Below, piece after piece: positions 49,652-59,246 of a stretch of 64,000 nucleotides of DNA (within the stretch, counting starts at the first letter, position 1; each line of letters begins with the position of its first letter). Below the pieces are notes generated by a model. That model saw only the letters and a program-made list of their open reading frames with translations, was not told the origin of the DNA and did not search any database. Where the stretch lies: the NCBI GenBank assembly GCA_052279835.1, contig CP181291.1, positions 608,001 through 672,000 on the forward strand, given 5' to 3'. This stretch comes from Microcoleus sp. (lineage in GTDB: Bacteria > Cyanobacteriota > Cyanobacteriia > Cyanobacteriales > Microcoleaceae). The position numbers and the translations under genes are program-made.

Positions 49652-50224
49652 ATGAAAATGTCAAACAAAAAATTCTCGCTAACTCTTGCTGTAAGTATTT
49701 TGGTTTTATCACCTTTTGGTATTCTCGTGAGACAACCGTCAGTTCTGGCTGACTGTCCTCCATTTGTACCAGACGCTTTATGCCCAAGTAATAAGCCAAT
49801 TCCCGGTCAACGACTTCCTCCGGCTCCTCCGGTTCAAAGGGGATTAACTATCTGTAATAAGACAAGTGTAGGCAATATTTATGTTGCCATTGCACTTAAT
49901 TACAGGGGGCATTTTGGCAGCGATGGTGAAGGCGCACCGCAATATATAGAGTCGCATGGATGGTGGAAGATAGAGCCTGGTACTTGCAAAAAGGTATACG
50001 AAAATGATGCAATTAGAGTGCGTGGATATTACGCCAAAGGTGGAGATTCTGTTTGGAGGGGTTCCGACTCAAAGTTAAGTTATTGTATTAATTCATCAGA
50101 ATTCGAGTTTAAGGATTCCAAGGCGTTTATAAAAGAAAAATGTCAGCAAGCTGGTGGAGAAATGGTAGCTTTTAGACCCGTGCGTCCTAGCAGCCAAGCA
50201 TATTCTTTTAATTTAACAAACTGA
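49652..50224 (+). CDS. Secreted DUF1036-like protein
   Basis: Signal peptide VLA-D; LTICNKT...VAIA...SHGWWKIEPGTC...YYA pattern typical of DUF1036. Confidence 0.75.
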   Translation: MKMSNKKFSLTLAVSILVLSPFGILVRQPSVLADCPPFVPDALCPSNKPIPGQRLPPAPPVQRGLTICNKTSVGNIYVAIALNYRGHFGSDGEGAPQYIESHGWWKIEPGTCKKVYENDAIRVRGYYAKGGDSVWRGSDSKLSYCINSSEFEFKDSKAFIKEKCQQAGGEMVAFRPVRPSSQAYSFNLTN

Positions 50225-50315
50225 GTTAACAAAAGAGTGTATCAGCGTCTTGAGAGAAAAGCTCTTTAAAAGTCAGCTTACAACCAAATCAACAAATAAT
50301 TAGGTGATTTCAACT

Positions 50316-50888
50316 ATGCAAAGACAAGTAAAAATTCTAGTTAGCTTAATTTCGATTGCTTTTTTAGCCTCTTCACTCTCCAGAGTAGAGGCTCAAGCAG
50401 AGAAGCAATCGCGTTTCTTTATAACAAATAAAGTTTCCAATCTCTGTTTAGGAGTCCTAGGAGTAGATGGTCATGGGCCTGGGGTAAGGGTTGAGGTTTT
50501 TCACTGTAACCCCGGTGGTGGTGATGCTGGGAATGACAATCAATGGACAATTAAGGATTTGGGAAATGGATACAGTCACATCATAAATAAGGTTTCCAAT
50601 CTCTGTTTAGGAGTCGTAGGAGTAGATGGTCATGGACCTGGGGCAAGGGTTGAAGTTTACCACTGTAACCCTGGTAGTGGTGATGCTGGGAATGACAATC
50701 AATGGACAATTCAGCCTTTAAGAAATGGATACAGTTACATCAAAAATAGGGTTTCTGGTCTGTGCTTAGGAGTCGTAGGAGTAGACGATCATTGGGCTGG
50801 GGCAGCAGTCGAAGTTTATCGCTGCAAGCCCGGCAGTGGTGATGCTGGAAATGACAATCAATGGACAATTAAGAGAATAAGCTCTTAG
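50316..50888 (+). CDS. Secreted ricin-B type beta-trefoil lectin
   Basis: Signal peptide VEA-QA; three 53-aa repeats with SNLCLGV...C...NQW. Confidence 0.88.
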   Translation: MQRQVKILVSLISIAFLASSLSRVEAQAEKQSRFFITNKVSNLCLGVLGVDGHGPGVRVEVFHCNPGGGDAGNDNQWTIKDLGNGYSHIINKVSNLCLGVVGVDGHGPGARVEVYHCNPGSGDAGNDNQWTIQPLRNGYSYIKNRVSGLCLGVVGVDDHWAGAAVEVYRCKPGSGDAGNDNQWTIKRISS

Positions 50889-50962
50889 TTGTTTGTTGAC
50901 TTGAAGCAAACTTGCATTCGCTGTTAGGTCAGCAATTATTGCTTTAATCGGAAGACTCGCTT

Positions 50963-52165
50963 ATGAAATTATCAAAATTATTGACTACAATAGCCTTAAC
51001 AACAATATTAAGCATTTCATCAGAGGTAGGGGGACTTAAGCCCAAGGAAACTTCTGCACAACAGACTATTCAACCTATTGCCATTATCGTTAATGGTCAG
51101 GGAGATTGTTGTGCAGACAGAATGGAAAGAGTGATCGGCGAACTAGAGTCAATCAACGCAAAAATTATTTTTGCACCTTGGAATAGTTTGAGAGAACGCT
51201 CTGAAGGTAACAGCTCTCTTGACGATGCACGTTTTTTGAGGGAAGTAGCCGATTATGTTAACAACAACGTCGCTCCTAATCAGCCAGTGATTTTGATTGG
51301 ACACAGCTTTGGAGGTGACTCTGTACTAAAAGTTGCACCTCGAATAAACAGAAGAATACTATTTTTGGGTGTCCTCGATCCAGTAGCTGCTCTTGGAAAA
51401 CGTTCTCCTATCACTGGGTACGGTGTTCCCTCAAATGTTGATTACTTCTTTAATAGATGGCAGACCAAAGCCCCCTGGCCTATTGATTTTTCAGGAGATG
51501 GAACAGTACGCAATTGTAGCGCAAGGGAGTGCGATCAGCAAGAACAATCTTTTGCCAAAAACGCAGATGGTTCTGAAATTAGAAGAGCTTGTAAAGCTGA
51601 TGAGTCTTGTCGTAGTCGAAGAGGTGGAACAGCAAGAAGAATTGGCGATTTTCTAGGGGATGTAATCAGAGACAAGTATGGTACTGCTGCAAAGCGCCTA
51701 CTCCATCAACCTTTCCCGACTGATGCCTACATTCAGCAGCAAATAGCTGACAAGATTAGAACATTAGTAGCAAATTACCAACCAGATATTCCCAGTGATA
51801 TATCAGTCAGTCTGGGTAATGGAAAAGTGATCAAATATTTTCGGAGTAATGGAACAGGTACTCTTGTTCGCCAGGATAGTGGAGAAATTATTCAACGATA
51901 TTCTGGTTGGCATAAGAGTTGGGATCAGATTGTTGCGATCAGAACAGATATGGTTCTCTTCTACGATCGCGAGGCTGGAAAAGGTGAGATATACCGTATC
52001 GAACCTCAAGGAAACTTAACATTCCTTTATCGTTACGATGGTTGGCGTAAAACTTGGAGCAATATCTCAAGTTTAGGAAACAGTAGAGTTAGATTTGTGG
52101 ATGATACTAATCATTCAGAAATTTACTCGGTTAACGATCAAGGAGTTTTTTTTGATGCTAACTAG
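50963..52165 (+). CDS. Secreted alpha/beta-hydrolase-like protein with C-terminal Trp-rich repeats
   Basis: Signal peptide; nucleophile elbow IGHSFGG, LDPV; C-terminal YSGWHKSW/YDGWRKTW repeats. Confidence 0.72.
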   Translation: MKLSKLLTTIALTTILSISSEVGGLKPKETSAQQTIQPIAIIVNGQGDCCADRMERVIGELESINAKIIFAPWNSLRERSEGNSSLDDARFLREVADYVNNNVAPNQPVILIGHSFGGDSVLKVAPRINRRILFLGVLDPVAALGKRSPITGYGVPSNVDYFFNRWQTKAPWPIDFSGDGTVRNCSARECDQQEQSFAKNADGSEIRRACKADESCRSRRGGTARRIGDFLGDVIRDKYGTAAKRLLHQPFPTDAYIQQQIADKIRTLVANYQPDIPSDISVSLGNGKVIKYFRSNGTGTLVRQDSGEIIQRYSGWHKSWDQIVAIRTDMVLFYDREAGKGEIYRIEPQGNLTFLYRYDGWRKTWSNISSLGNSRVRFVDDTNHSEIYSVNDQGVFFDAN

Positions 52166-52432
52166 GCGATCGCTCTTGTCTCAGTTGGATAAAGAAAAGG
52201 CGATCGCAAGTTTCACCAACCCAAAAAAAGCGAATCCCGTCAAACAGAGTTCATGTAGCTAACTACTGAGTTAGAAAGTCAGAGCGCTTGAATTTTTTCT
52301 ATAATTTATTAGGTAGCATCGGTCTATTTGCAAGCAATTGTCCGCGCCAGCAAAACATTACAAGGACTGATTATACGACTCTTTTCTAAATAATAAAGAG
52401 GTCGTCCCATTTTTTTTTAAAGGAGAAATCAA

Positions 52433-54475
52433 ATGCCCACAGAGTTTTTGAATACAACAGAAGAATCAGAGTTTTTGAGTAAGAAAAAAGAAGAATGTGA
52501 TTTAGTCATGAAAGGGGGTGTGACGAGTGGAATTGTTTACCCTCCGATTGTCCTAAAGCTTGCAGAAAAGTATCGCTTTCGTAGTATTGGAGGAACCTCC
52601 GCAGGTGCGATCGCCGCAGCAGTTACAGCAGCCGCAGAATACGGACGGGACACGGGAGGCTTTCCAAAGCTCAAGGAGATCAGCGACCAACTTGGTCAAG
52701 ACAACTTCTTACTCAAGCTATTTCAACCTTCCCAAGAAACCCAACCATTAATGGATACCCTGTACGCTGTTTTTAGCGAGACGAAAAAACAAGAAGAAAC
52801 GGAAAAAACCAACCATAAAAAGCATAAAAAACTAAGTCCGCTGCAAAAATTCTTAGGCTTTTTCCAATTTGCTCGATTTCTTCGCGAAACTTTTCGCTCT
52901 AAACACCAGAGGGTGTTCGCACTCGGATCGCGTAGAGGCTTAGCCATCGGTTTAATCCTGGCTTTCTTGCTATCAGGGTTCTCTTTTCTAGTATTTTTTT
53001 TAGTGGCTCAGTTTACGGGTGGTAGTTTAAGCGGATGGAGTTTTATTATACTCTTGCTGCTACTGAGCGTATCATTTGCTTGGATAGGGCAGTGGATTGG
53101 TAGTTTGGGTGTTGGCGTCTACGATCTGTACGGCATCCTCACTAAAAAAGTGCCGGATCACTTTTTTGGAATGTGCAGTGGGCGAAAAAACAATCCTACA
53201 TCTAAAGATCCGGCGCTGACCGATTGGCTGACTGCCAAAATCAACTATGTTGCCGGAATCGATGAAAACGGTGAGCCACTTACTGTTGGCCAGCTAAAGC
53301 AAAAGCGCATTAACCTCAAGCTGGTGACATCTAACCTGAGTCACAATCAACCCTATATACTGCCTTTCAAAAACCACGCTTTTATTTTTAATAAGGAAGA
53401 GTTTTCCAAGCTATTCCCGTCGAACGTCGTAGAATATATGACGCGATGTGCTTACCCAAGCAAAAGCGTGGAGTTGCCTGAAGGTTTTTATTTCTTGCCT
53501 GAAGCGGACAATTTGCCAGTGGCAGTCGCGATGCGGATGAGCCTCAGCTTTCCTATATTGATCGGTGCAGTTCCTCTCTACACGATTAGTAAGGCTGACT
53601 TCAGACGCAAACAAGGCGAAGAAAAACTTAAACTTACCAAGGAGGATTTGCAACGGAACTGGTTCAGCGACGGAGGCATTTCTAGCAACTTTCCGATCCA
53701 CCTTTTCGATGAGTGGTTGCCAATTCGCCCCACGTTTGGCATCAACCTTACCTCGTTGCAGCCCAACGCATTTAAGGACAAAAATAAGACTCAAATAAAG
53801 GCAGATGCTATCAGCGTCGTTACCAATCAAGCTCCAAAAAACCTTGGCGGGCAATTAGATACGTTGGATGTGGATAGAGAGGAACTCTATGAATCAATTA
53901 TACTTGCCAAGGCAAATCGTGGCCCAATTCAGGCGTGGGCAGAAATTTCTAAGCTGAGCGATTTTATCCGGGCAATTTGGCTAACAGCGCAGAACTACCG
54001 CGACAACACCCAGTCGATGCTGCCAAGTTACAGGGAACGGGTGGTGCAGGTTTATTTAAGTAAAGATGAAGGTGGACTGAATTTGTCTATGGAGAATAAA
54101 ATTATTCAGGATGTGATCAAAAAGGGGGATGGCGCTGGACAAAAAATATTAGATGATTTCAACTTCAAACATCATCAATGGGTGCGTTTTCAGGTACTGA
54201 TGGGACTACTGGAGACTGAACTCACAAAGATGGAACAGGTGTTGCAAGACAATAGTTTCAACTGCGAGACCCTGGTGAAAGAGCAGCAGGATGAAAATGA
54301 GCAGCAGGATCAGAATGATAAATATCCATACCGTCGCTCCGAGGCTTGGTGCGAGGAAGCATTGGCTCGCGTCAAATATATGCAGGACTTTGTGAAAGGT
54401 TGGGGTGATGTGTCTCTTATTGACAAAAAGACTCCACGCCCCAATCCTGTACTCCGAGTGACACCGGAACTTTAG
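52433..54475 (+). CDS. Patatin-like phospholipase with an internal transmembrane hairpin
   Basis: KGGVTSG, GTSAG, SLSFP, SDGG; hydrophobic segments at about aa 170-230. Confidence 0.88.
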   Translation: MPTEFLNTTEESEFLSKKKEECDLVMKGGVTSGIVYPPIVLKLAEKYRFRSIGGTSAGAIAAAVTAAAEYGRDTGGFPKLKEISDQLGQDNFLLKLFQPSQETQPLMDTLYAVFSETKKQEETEKTNHKKHKKLSPLQKFLGFFQFARFLRETFRSKHQRVFALGSRRGLAIGLILAFLLSGFSFLVFFLVAQFTGGSLSGWSFIILLLLLSVSFAWIGQWIGSLGVGVYDLYGILTKKVPDHFFGMCSGRKNNPTSKDPALTDWLTAKINYVAGIDENGEPLTVGQLKQKRINLKLVTSNLSHNQPYILPFKNHAFIFNKEEFSKLFPSNVVEYMTRCAYPSKSVELPEGFYFLPEADNLPVAVAMRMSLSFPILIGAVPLYTISKADFRRKQGEEKLKLTKEDLQRNWFSDGGISSNFPIHLFDEWLPIRPTFGINLTSLQPNAFKDKNKTQIKADAISVVTNQAPKNLGGQLDTLDVDREELYESIILAKANRGPIQAWAEISKLSDFIRAIWLTAQNYRDNTQSMLPSYRERVVQVYLSKDEGGLNLSMENKIIQDVIKKGDGAGQKILDDFNFKHHQWVRFQVLMGLLETELTKMEQVLQDNSFNCETLVKEQQDENEQQDQNDKYPYRRSEAWCEEALARVKYMQDFVKGWGDVSLIDKKTPRPNPVLRVTPEL

Positions 54476-54486
54476 GAGGCAAGAAA

Positions 54487-55047
54487 ATGCAATTGTGGCA
54501 TCCATTCCAGTTGATTCCGAATGGCTTAGCTTGTTGGCTAGTATTGGGGCTGTTAGTCGCTCTCACTTTCGGATTAGCGCGAAAGACAAACCACCCATCG
54601 CTTACAACCAAACAAGCTCCCTGGGGTATAGTTTCTCTTGAATTGGCAGGCAATGAGGAGACAGCTAGCGCAATGATTGTCTCCTGGCAGGAGAAGGGGG
54701 CATACGACGATGCTTTAAACAGTCTGTACTGGGATAATTTCTTTCTACTGGCTTATTCAACAGCGATCGCTTTAGGCTGTGTGATGGGTGCTGATAAGCT
54801 GCACGCGCCTGGAACTTTGGACTACAACTTAGCGATTCTATTGGCTTGGGCGCAATGGCTGGCAGCGCTACTGGATCGAACTGAAAATTTCGCGCTTGAG
54901 AAAATGCTTCGCGGCGCTGTAAAAAGTCCCTGGCCTCAGATTGCTTGGTGCTCTGCTATACCCAAGTTCATCATCGTTTTTGCAGGGCTATGCTATGTAG
55001 CGATCGCAGTCATTATCGGGATCGTTGCTCTCCTAAAAACCTATTGA
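54487..55047 (+). CDS. Multi-TM membrane protein co-transcribed with the patatin
   Basis: AGGAGG RBS overlapping the patatin stop; about four hydrophobic segments; GIVSLELA and LLDRTEN motifs. Confidence 0.78.
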   Translation: MQLWHPFQLIPNGLACWLVLGLLVALTFGLARKTNHPSLTTKQAPWGIVSLELAGNEETASAMIVSWQEKGAYDDALNSLYWDNFFLLAYSTAIALGCVMGADKLHAPGTLDYNLAILLAWAQWLAALLDRTENFALEKMLRGAVKSPWPQIAWCSAIPKFIIVFAGLCYVAIAVIIGIVALLKTY

Positions 55048-55176
55048 TTTTAGTAGGGTATAGCCAGTCACAAACATCAGCCAATGGCAAATTTGCCATT
55101 GGCTTCTGGACGATCGCGACTGAGGCTATATATTTGGTCTATATTTTGGGGAACCATCATCCGCACTAATTCACCA

Positions 55177-56391
55177 ATGACATCCACCCCTACGATCGCA
55201 ACTCCCCTAAGCTGGACACAACTAGAAGCCCTCACCGACTTTCAAGTCGATCGCACCAACGGCCCCACCAACGCCCAATCCCGCTTGCGCCTCTTCGGAA
55301 AAACCGAATCCGATGTGCGAGTCACCCTGTACCGCGACAACCATGCGTGGTGTCCCTATTGCCAAAAAATCTGGCTGTGGCTAGAAGAAAAACAAATTCC
55401 CTACCGTATTGAAAAAGTTACCATGTTCTGCTATGGAGAAAAAGAAAGTTGGTACAAGCGCAAAGTGCCATCGGGAATGCTACCGGCGATCGAACTAGAT
55501 GGCCGCATTATCACCGAAAGCGATGACATTTTAATTGCCCTAGAACGAGTCTTTGGCCCCTTGAGTTTGGGTATGGAAAACCCCGCAGTGCTTCCTCTGA
55601 GACGGCTAGAGCGACTGCTATTTAGGGCCTGGTGCTCCTGGCTGTGCTACCCCGCCAGTTCAGCCAAAGCAGAACAACACAACCGCAACCAATTTATCAG
55701 CGTCGTCGCCCAAGTTGAAGCAGCCTTGGCTAGCACTCCAGGGCCTTATTTCCTCCCTGAATTTGGCACTGCGGATGTCATTTTTACGCCCTACGTCGAA
55801 CGGATGAATGCCAGTCTTTACTACTACAAAGGCTACTCGATGCGACAAGAAAACCCAGGCTTTGCTGACTGGTTTGCGGGGATGGAAAGCCGCCCTACCT
55901 ATCGAGGTACTCAAAGCGATTTTCATACTCATGTCCACGATTTGCCGCCTCAAATGGGCGGCTGTTATGAAAACGGCGAACCGCAGATGCTACTCAACAA
56001 AGCCCGCGTGGACAATGGGCCTTGGGCTGGATTACCAGATGTGATGTACCCAGAACCGGAAACCTCGCGTAAAGAAGCACTCCACCGCGTCATCAAGCAT
56101 CAGCGCAACATTATTAAAGTCAATCCTGCTGACGATAACTTGTTTGATGAGGCTTTGCGTTGTGCTTTAACTTTGATGATGACTGGGGAAGTTTGTACTG
56201 CGCCGGTTGGTTCTGATGGGGCTTTGCGGTATTTGCGCGATCGGGTGAATGTGCCCCGTGATATGTCGATTTACGCGGCGAAGCGATTCAGGGAAGCTTT
56301 GGAGGAAACGGCGGCTTTGGTGGGCGATGGCCAAGGTGCTCCGATTCTGCTGAAGCATCGGCGAGATCAAGATCCGGCTAATTTTGTGTAG
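55177..56391 (+). CDS. Glutathione S-transferase family protein (CPYC active site)
   Basis: [29 protein letters not shown] 55177 preferred. Confidence 0.88.
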   Translation: MTSTPTIATPLSWTQLEALTDFQVDRTNGPTNAQSRLRLFGKTESDVRVTLYRDNHAWCPYCQKIWLWLEEKQIPYRIEKVTMFCYGEKESWYKRKVPSGMLPAIELDGRIITESDDILIALERVFGPLSLGMENPAVLPLRRLERLLFRAWCSWLCYPASSAKAEQHNRNQFISVVAQVEAALASTPGPYFLPEFGTADVIFTPYVERMNASLYYYKGYSMRQENPGFADWFAGMESRPTYRGTQSDFHTHVHDLPPQMGGCYENGEPQMLLNKARVDNGPWAGLPDVMYPEPETSRKEALHRVIKHQRNIIKVNPADDNLFDEALRCALTLMMTGEVCTAPVGSDGALRYLRDRVNVPRDMSIYAAKRFREALEETAALVGDGQGAPILLKHRRDQDPANFV

Positions 56392-56400
56392 TGTTAATCC

Positions 56401-56464
56401 GTAGGGTGCGTCGCTGCGAGATTTTGGATATAACTTGCAGATTATAGATGGCGACGCACCCTAC
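56401..56464. repeat. GTAG-family REP doublet (14-bp perfect inverted repeat)
   Basis: GTAGGGTGCGTCGC (56401-56414) and GCGACGCACCCTAC (56451-56464). Confidence 0.85.
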
Positions 56465-56533
56465 TTGCTACAAATACGACATTACAAATTTGTGAGGTAC
56501 TATGAGATTATTTACTAAGTTGTTTCAGAGGCT

Positions 56534-56914
56534 ATGGATATGGTTTCAGTATCCAACAACCAACCAACAATTATTCGTACAGAGCGCGGACTGACAATTT
56601 CAGGTACGCGCATCACTCTCTATGATGTGATGGACTATCTGACGGCTCAGTATCCCCGGAAGTTTATCCGTTCCTTGTTTGATTTAACAGACGCTCAGAT
56701 GGACGTTGCTTTATCTTACATTGAGGTAAATCGTGCAGAAGTCGAAGCAGAATATCAAGTTGTTTTAAGGCAAGCTAAGGAAATTAGGGAGTATTGGGAA
56801 GAACGCAATCGCGAACATTCAGCCCGCGTTGCAGCGATGCCACCCAAACCAGGTCGAGAGGCTCTTTGGGCCAAACTTCAAGAGCAGAAAGCCAGACACG
56901 AAGTAGAAGCATGA
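56534..56914 (+). CDS. DUF433-family putative antitoxin
   Basis: TISGTRITLYDVMDYL...LTDAQMDVALSYI pattern; ATGA-coupled to the next gene. Confidence 0.85.
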   Translation: MDMVSVSNNQPTIIRTERGLTISGTRITLYDVMDYLTAQYPRKFIRSLFDLTDAQMDVALSYIEVNRAEVEAEYQVVLRQAKEIREYWEERNREHSARVAAMPPKPGREALWAKLQEQKARHEVEA

Positions 56915-57306
56915 ATTTTCTTATAGATCACAATCTCGGAGGTCATGCAGAGATTTTATTGGGCAATATTGCGAGTCAAGGTTGGTTAAATCTACTCCCA
57001 ATTCGTGTTGTCACTTTCAAGCAGATGAATTTGTCGATCGACAGTAACGATCGAGTTGTTTGGCGACTTGCTCAGGCCAATCAAATGATCTTGCTTACTG
57101 CAAACCGCAGCATGAAGGGTGAAGACTCCCTCGAACAGGTGATCCGAGAAGAAAATACAGTGGATTCTCTGCCTGTGATTACCATTGGAGATGCCGATCG
57201 ATTTTTAGCCGATCGAGTCTATCGAAATCGCTGTGTTGACCGTATTCTGGAAATCTTGCTGGATATAGAAACCTGGATGGGCGTTGGTCGTCTTTTTGTT
57301 CCGTAG
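56911..57306 (+). CDS. DUF5615/PIN-like putative toxin
   Basis: MNFLIDHN, D..VWRLAQ...ILLTAN PIN-like pattern; ATG 56911. Confidence 0.8.
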   Translation: MNFLIDHNLGGHAEILLGNIASQGWLNLLPIRVVTFKQMNLSIDSNDRVVWRLAQANQMILLTANRSMKGEDSLEQVIREENTVDSLPVITIGDADRFLADRVYRNRCVDRILEILLDIETWMGVGRLFVP

Positions 57307-57385
57307 GGCGAGGCAATAAGTAAGGCAGTGCTGCTAGCCGAAACAGTCAAAAAAACTGAGTTTCCAACACTATCGAGTATTTTTT

Positions 57386-57616
57386 ATGAAAGTATCTATC
57401 TCTTTGCCTGATGAGCTAGTGCGTTACATTGACGATCGTGTAGAAAATCGCAGTCGGCTAATTGAGCTTTTATTGCAAGCGTGGCGCAAACAACAAGAAC
57501 AGGAGGCAATGGTAGAAGCCTGTTTATTGCTGGATGAACTGAGCGATGAATTAGTCGATGAGGAGGAAGCATGGCAGCAAGCAGTGATTACCGACTGGGA
57601 AGCCTCTGGCTCGTGA
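57386..57616 (+). CDS. Ribbon-helix-helix antitoxin (CopG/MazE-like)
   Basis: MKVSISLPDELVRYID...NRSRLIE; acidic tail; overlaps a mazF-like frame. Confidence 0.8.
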   Translation: MKVSISLPDELVRYIDDRVENRSRLIELLLQAWRKQQEQEAMVEACLLLDELSDELVDEEEAWQQAVITDWEASGS

Positions 57617-57741
57617 ATTTCGATCCTTGAGTCGGTACAGAAATCCGCAAGACTCGATCGGGGGTAATTATTTCAGGAACTGCTTTTAATCAACGCAGCA
57701 AGGTAACTGTTCTACCCATCACTTCTGCTGTTCCCAACGAG
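57571..57741 (+). pseudogene. mazF: MazF/PemK toxin pseudogene (nonsense codon plus 3' truncation)
   Basis: Manual translation MAASSDYRLGSLWLVNFDP*VGTEIRKTRSGVIISGTAFNQRSKVTVLPITS; TGA at 57628-57630. Confidence 0.85.
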
Positions 57742-57782
57742 GGTTTACGAGCTAAGGAGTTGATACAAAATCCGTTGCGGTT

Positions 57783-58826
57783 GTGGATGTTATGTCAAAA
57801 TTACTTAATGAACCCCTAAAAAGAAGCAGAGAGCGGCTAGATAGTCTGTATGATGAAGAGAGCAATGACTTCCAGTTAATAGAGAAGAGTCTTGCAACGT
57901 ATGGCTTCAAAAAACTAGAAGAAGACATTGTAAAAACCTTCTCCATTCTGGGAGAAACTATTGAAACATATAGCTCAGATAGTAAGTGTTTACAAAATAT
58001 CGTAAACCCCGGCATTAATAATCCCATACCGCAGGCTTTCTATACAATATTCATGGCTTTTTTTGCATTAATAATTGATTCAGAACTTGTACCTGCCAAC
58101 CCTCAAAAGATTATGCAAGCACTCAAAAAGCTTCAGCAGAAGTTAGAGCTAAGCAAGCGATATGCAGAGATAACGACTCGTATTAAGAATATTGATCAAA
58201 CTAAGGGACTCATACAAAACTACTTCGCGACGAAAAAAGATAAATCCACTCTAGGACAAGGTGCTGAGTTGATACAAACCTTCAAAAATTCTTTACTTCG
58301 TTCTCGTATAGAAACTGCAAAGTATGAGTGCAAGCAAGGTTTGCTTGATTTGTTATCAAATAGAAAACTAAATAATGATTTACCCCAGAGACTTGTTGAA
58401 ACAATTTGTGGAATCGCTAACTCCGATCCAGAAAATGATGGATATATTTTCCTGGGAGTGGCTGATAAAAAGCAAGACGCAGAAAGAATTAAAAATTTAG
58501 ATGGGATTAATCCTATTGAAATCAATGATAGATATGTTGTAGGAATTGATAGAGAAGCTACGGTTTTAGGTAAAACGCTAGAGGATTATGTTGGGATATT
58601 AATTAATGCAATACGCAAATCTGATTTGGGTGATCCCTTAAAGACTCAGGTGCTGGCGAAAATTGATACTATAAATTACAAAGAATACTCTGTGATTAGA
58701 ATTAATGTCCCGCCTCAAAAAGAGGTTTCGTTTGTAGGTGAAAAAGCTTTTATTAGGGAGGACTCTTCAACTGTAGAAGCTAAAGGGCCCAAACTACTTG
58801 CTGTTTCCAAACTTTTCCAAAAGTAG
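57783..58826 (+). CDS. Probably 5'-truncated protein with C-terminal AlbA_2/Schlafen-like domain
   Basis: ETAKYECKQG...ICGIANS...GYIFLGVAD...VVGI...AFIREDSST is the AlbA_2 pattern; in-frame stop just upstream at 57753 and no clear N-terminal domain. Confidence 0.65.
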   Translation: MDVMSKLLNEPLKRSRERLDSLYDEESNDFQLIEKSLATYGFKKLEEDIVKTFSILGETIETYSSDSKCLQNIVNPGINNPIPQAFYTIFMAFFALIIDSELVPANPQKIMQALKKLQQKLELSKRYAEITTRIKNIDQTKGLIQNYFATKKDKSTLGQGAELIQTFKNSLLRSRIETAKYECKQGLLDLLSNRKLNNDLPQRLVETICGIANSDPENDGYIFLGVADKKQDAERIKNLDGINPIEINDRYVVGIDREATVLGKTLEDYVGILINAIRKSDLGDPLKTQVLAKIDTINYKEYSVIRINVPPQKEVSFVGEKAFIREDSSTVEAKGPKLLAVSKLFQK

Positions 58827-58829
58827 TTT

Positions 58830-59201
58830 ATGAAGATGGGGCATAAGATAGTAGCAGCAAATTCGATAACCCCGATCGCCCCGCCAACCACATCTACCTG
58901 CAATTGGTCAAAAAACACCAAGGCCCCAAATCCACAGAGGGCATCGCCCCCACCCTCACGGAAACTCAAAATCTACTCTTTACTCATAGACTGGGAAAAA
59001 CACCCCATTCTCATTTTCTACGAAGACGCGATACCTCCAGGTTTTAGCCAAACTTTTCTCGATTCTCTCACTCGCTTCGACGCTAAAATCTACGTTATTA
59101 CCGACTCACCCCATCCCACCATTCCCACTTTCTCACCCCAAGAACCCCACCTGATTCAAACTATTATTAATTGGTTGCAACGCACTGTTTTAGAAACCTA
59201 A
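58830..59201 (+). pseudogene. 3' gene fragment resembling the C-terminal alpha/beta domain of cyanobacterial NACHT proteins
   Basis: C-terminal half PILIFYEDAIPPGFSQTFLDSL...FSPQEPHLIQTIINWL looks coding while the N-terminal half does not; 50 bp of it recur at 59999-60048. Family assignment is from memory. Confidence 0.4.
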
Positions 59202-59246
59202 CCTATAAAGTCAACCCACCCCAACTACCGCTAAATCAACTTACAA

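Noticed and set aside
52433..55047. CBASS (CapV) system
   Set aside because: No CD-NTase or Cap2/Cap3 gene nearby, and this patatin is much longer and has TM segments.
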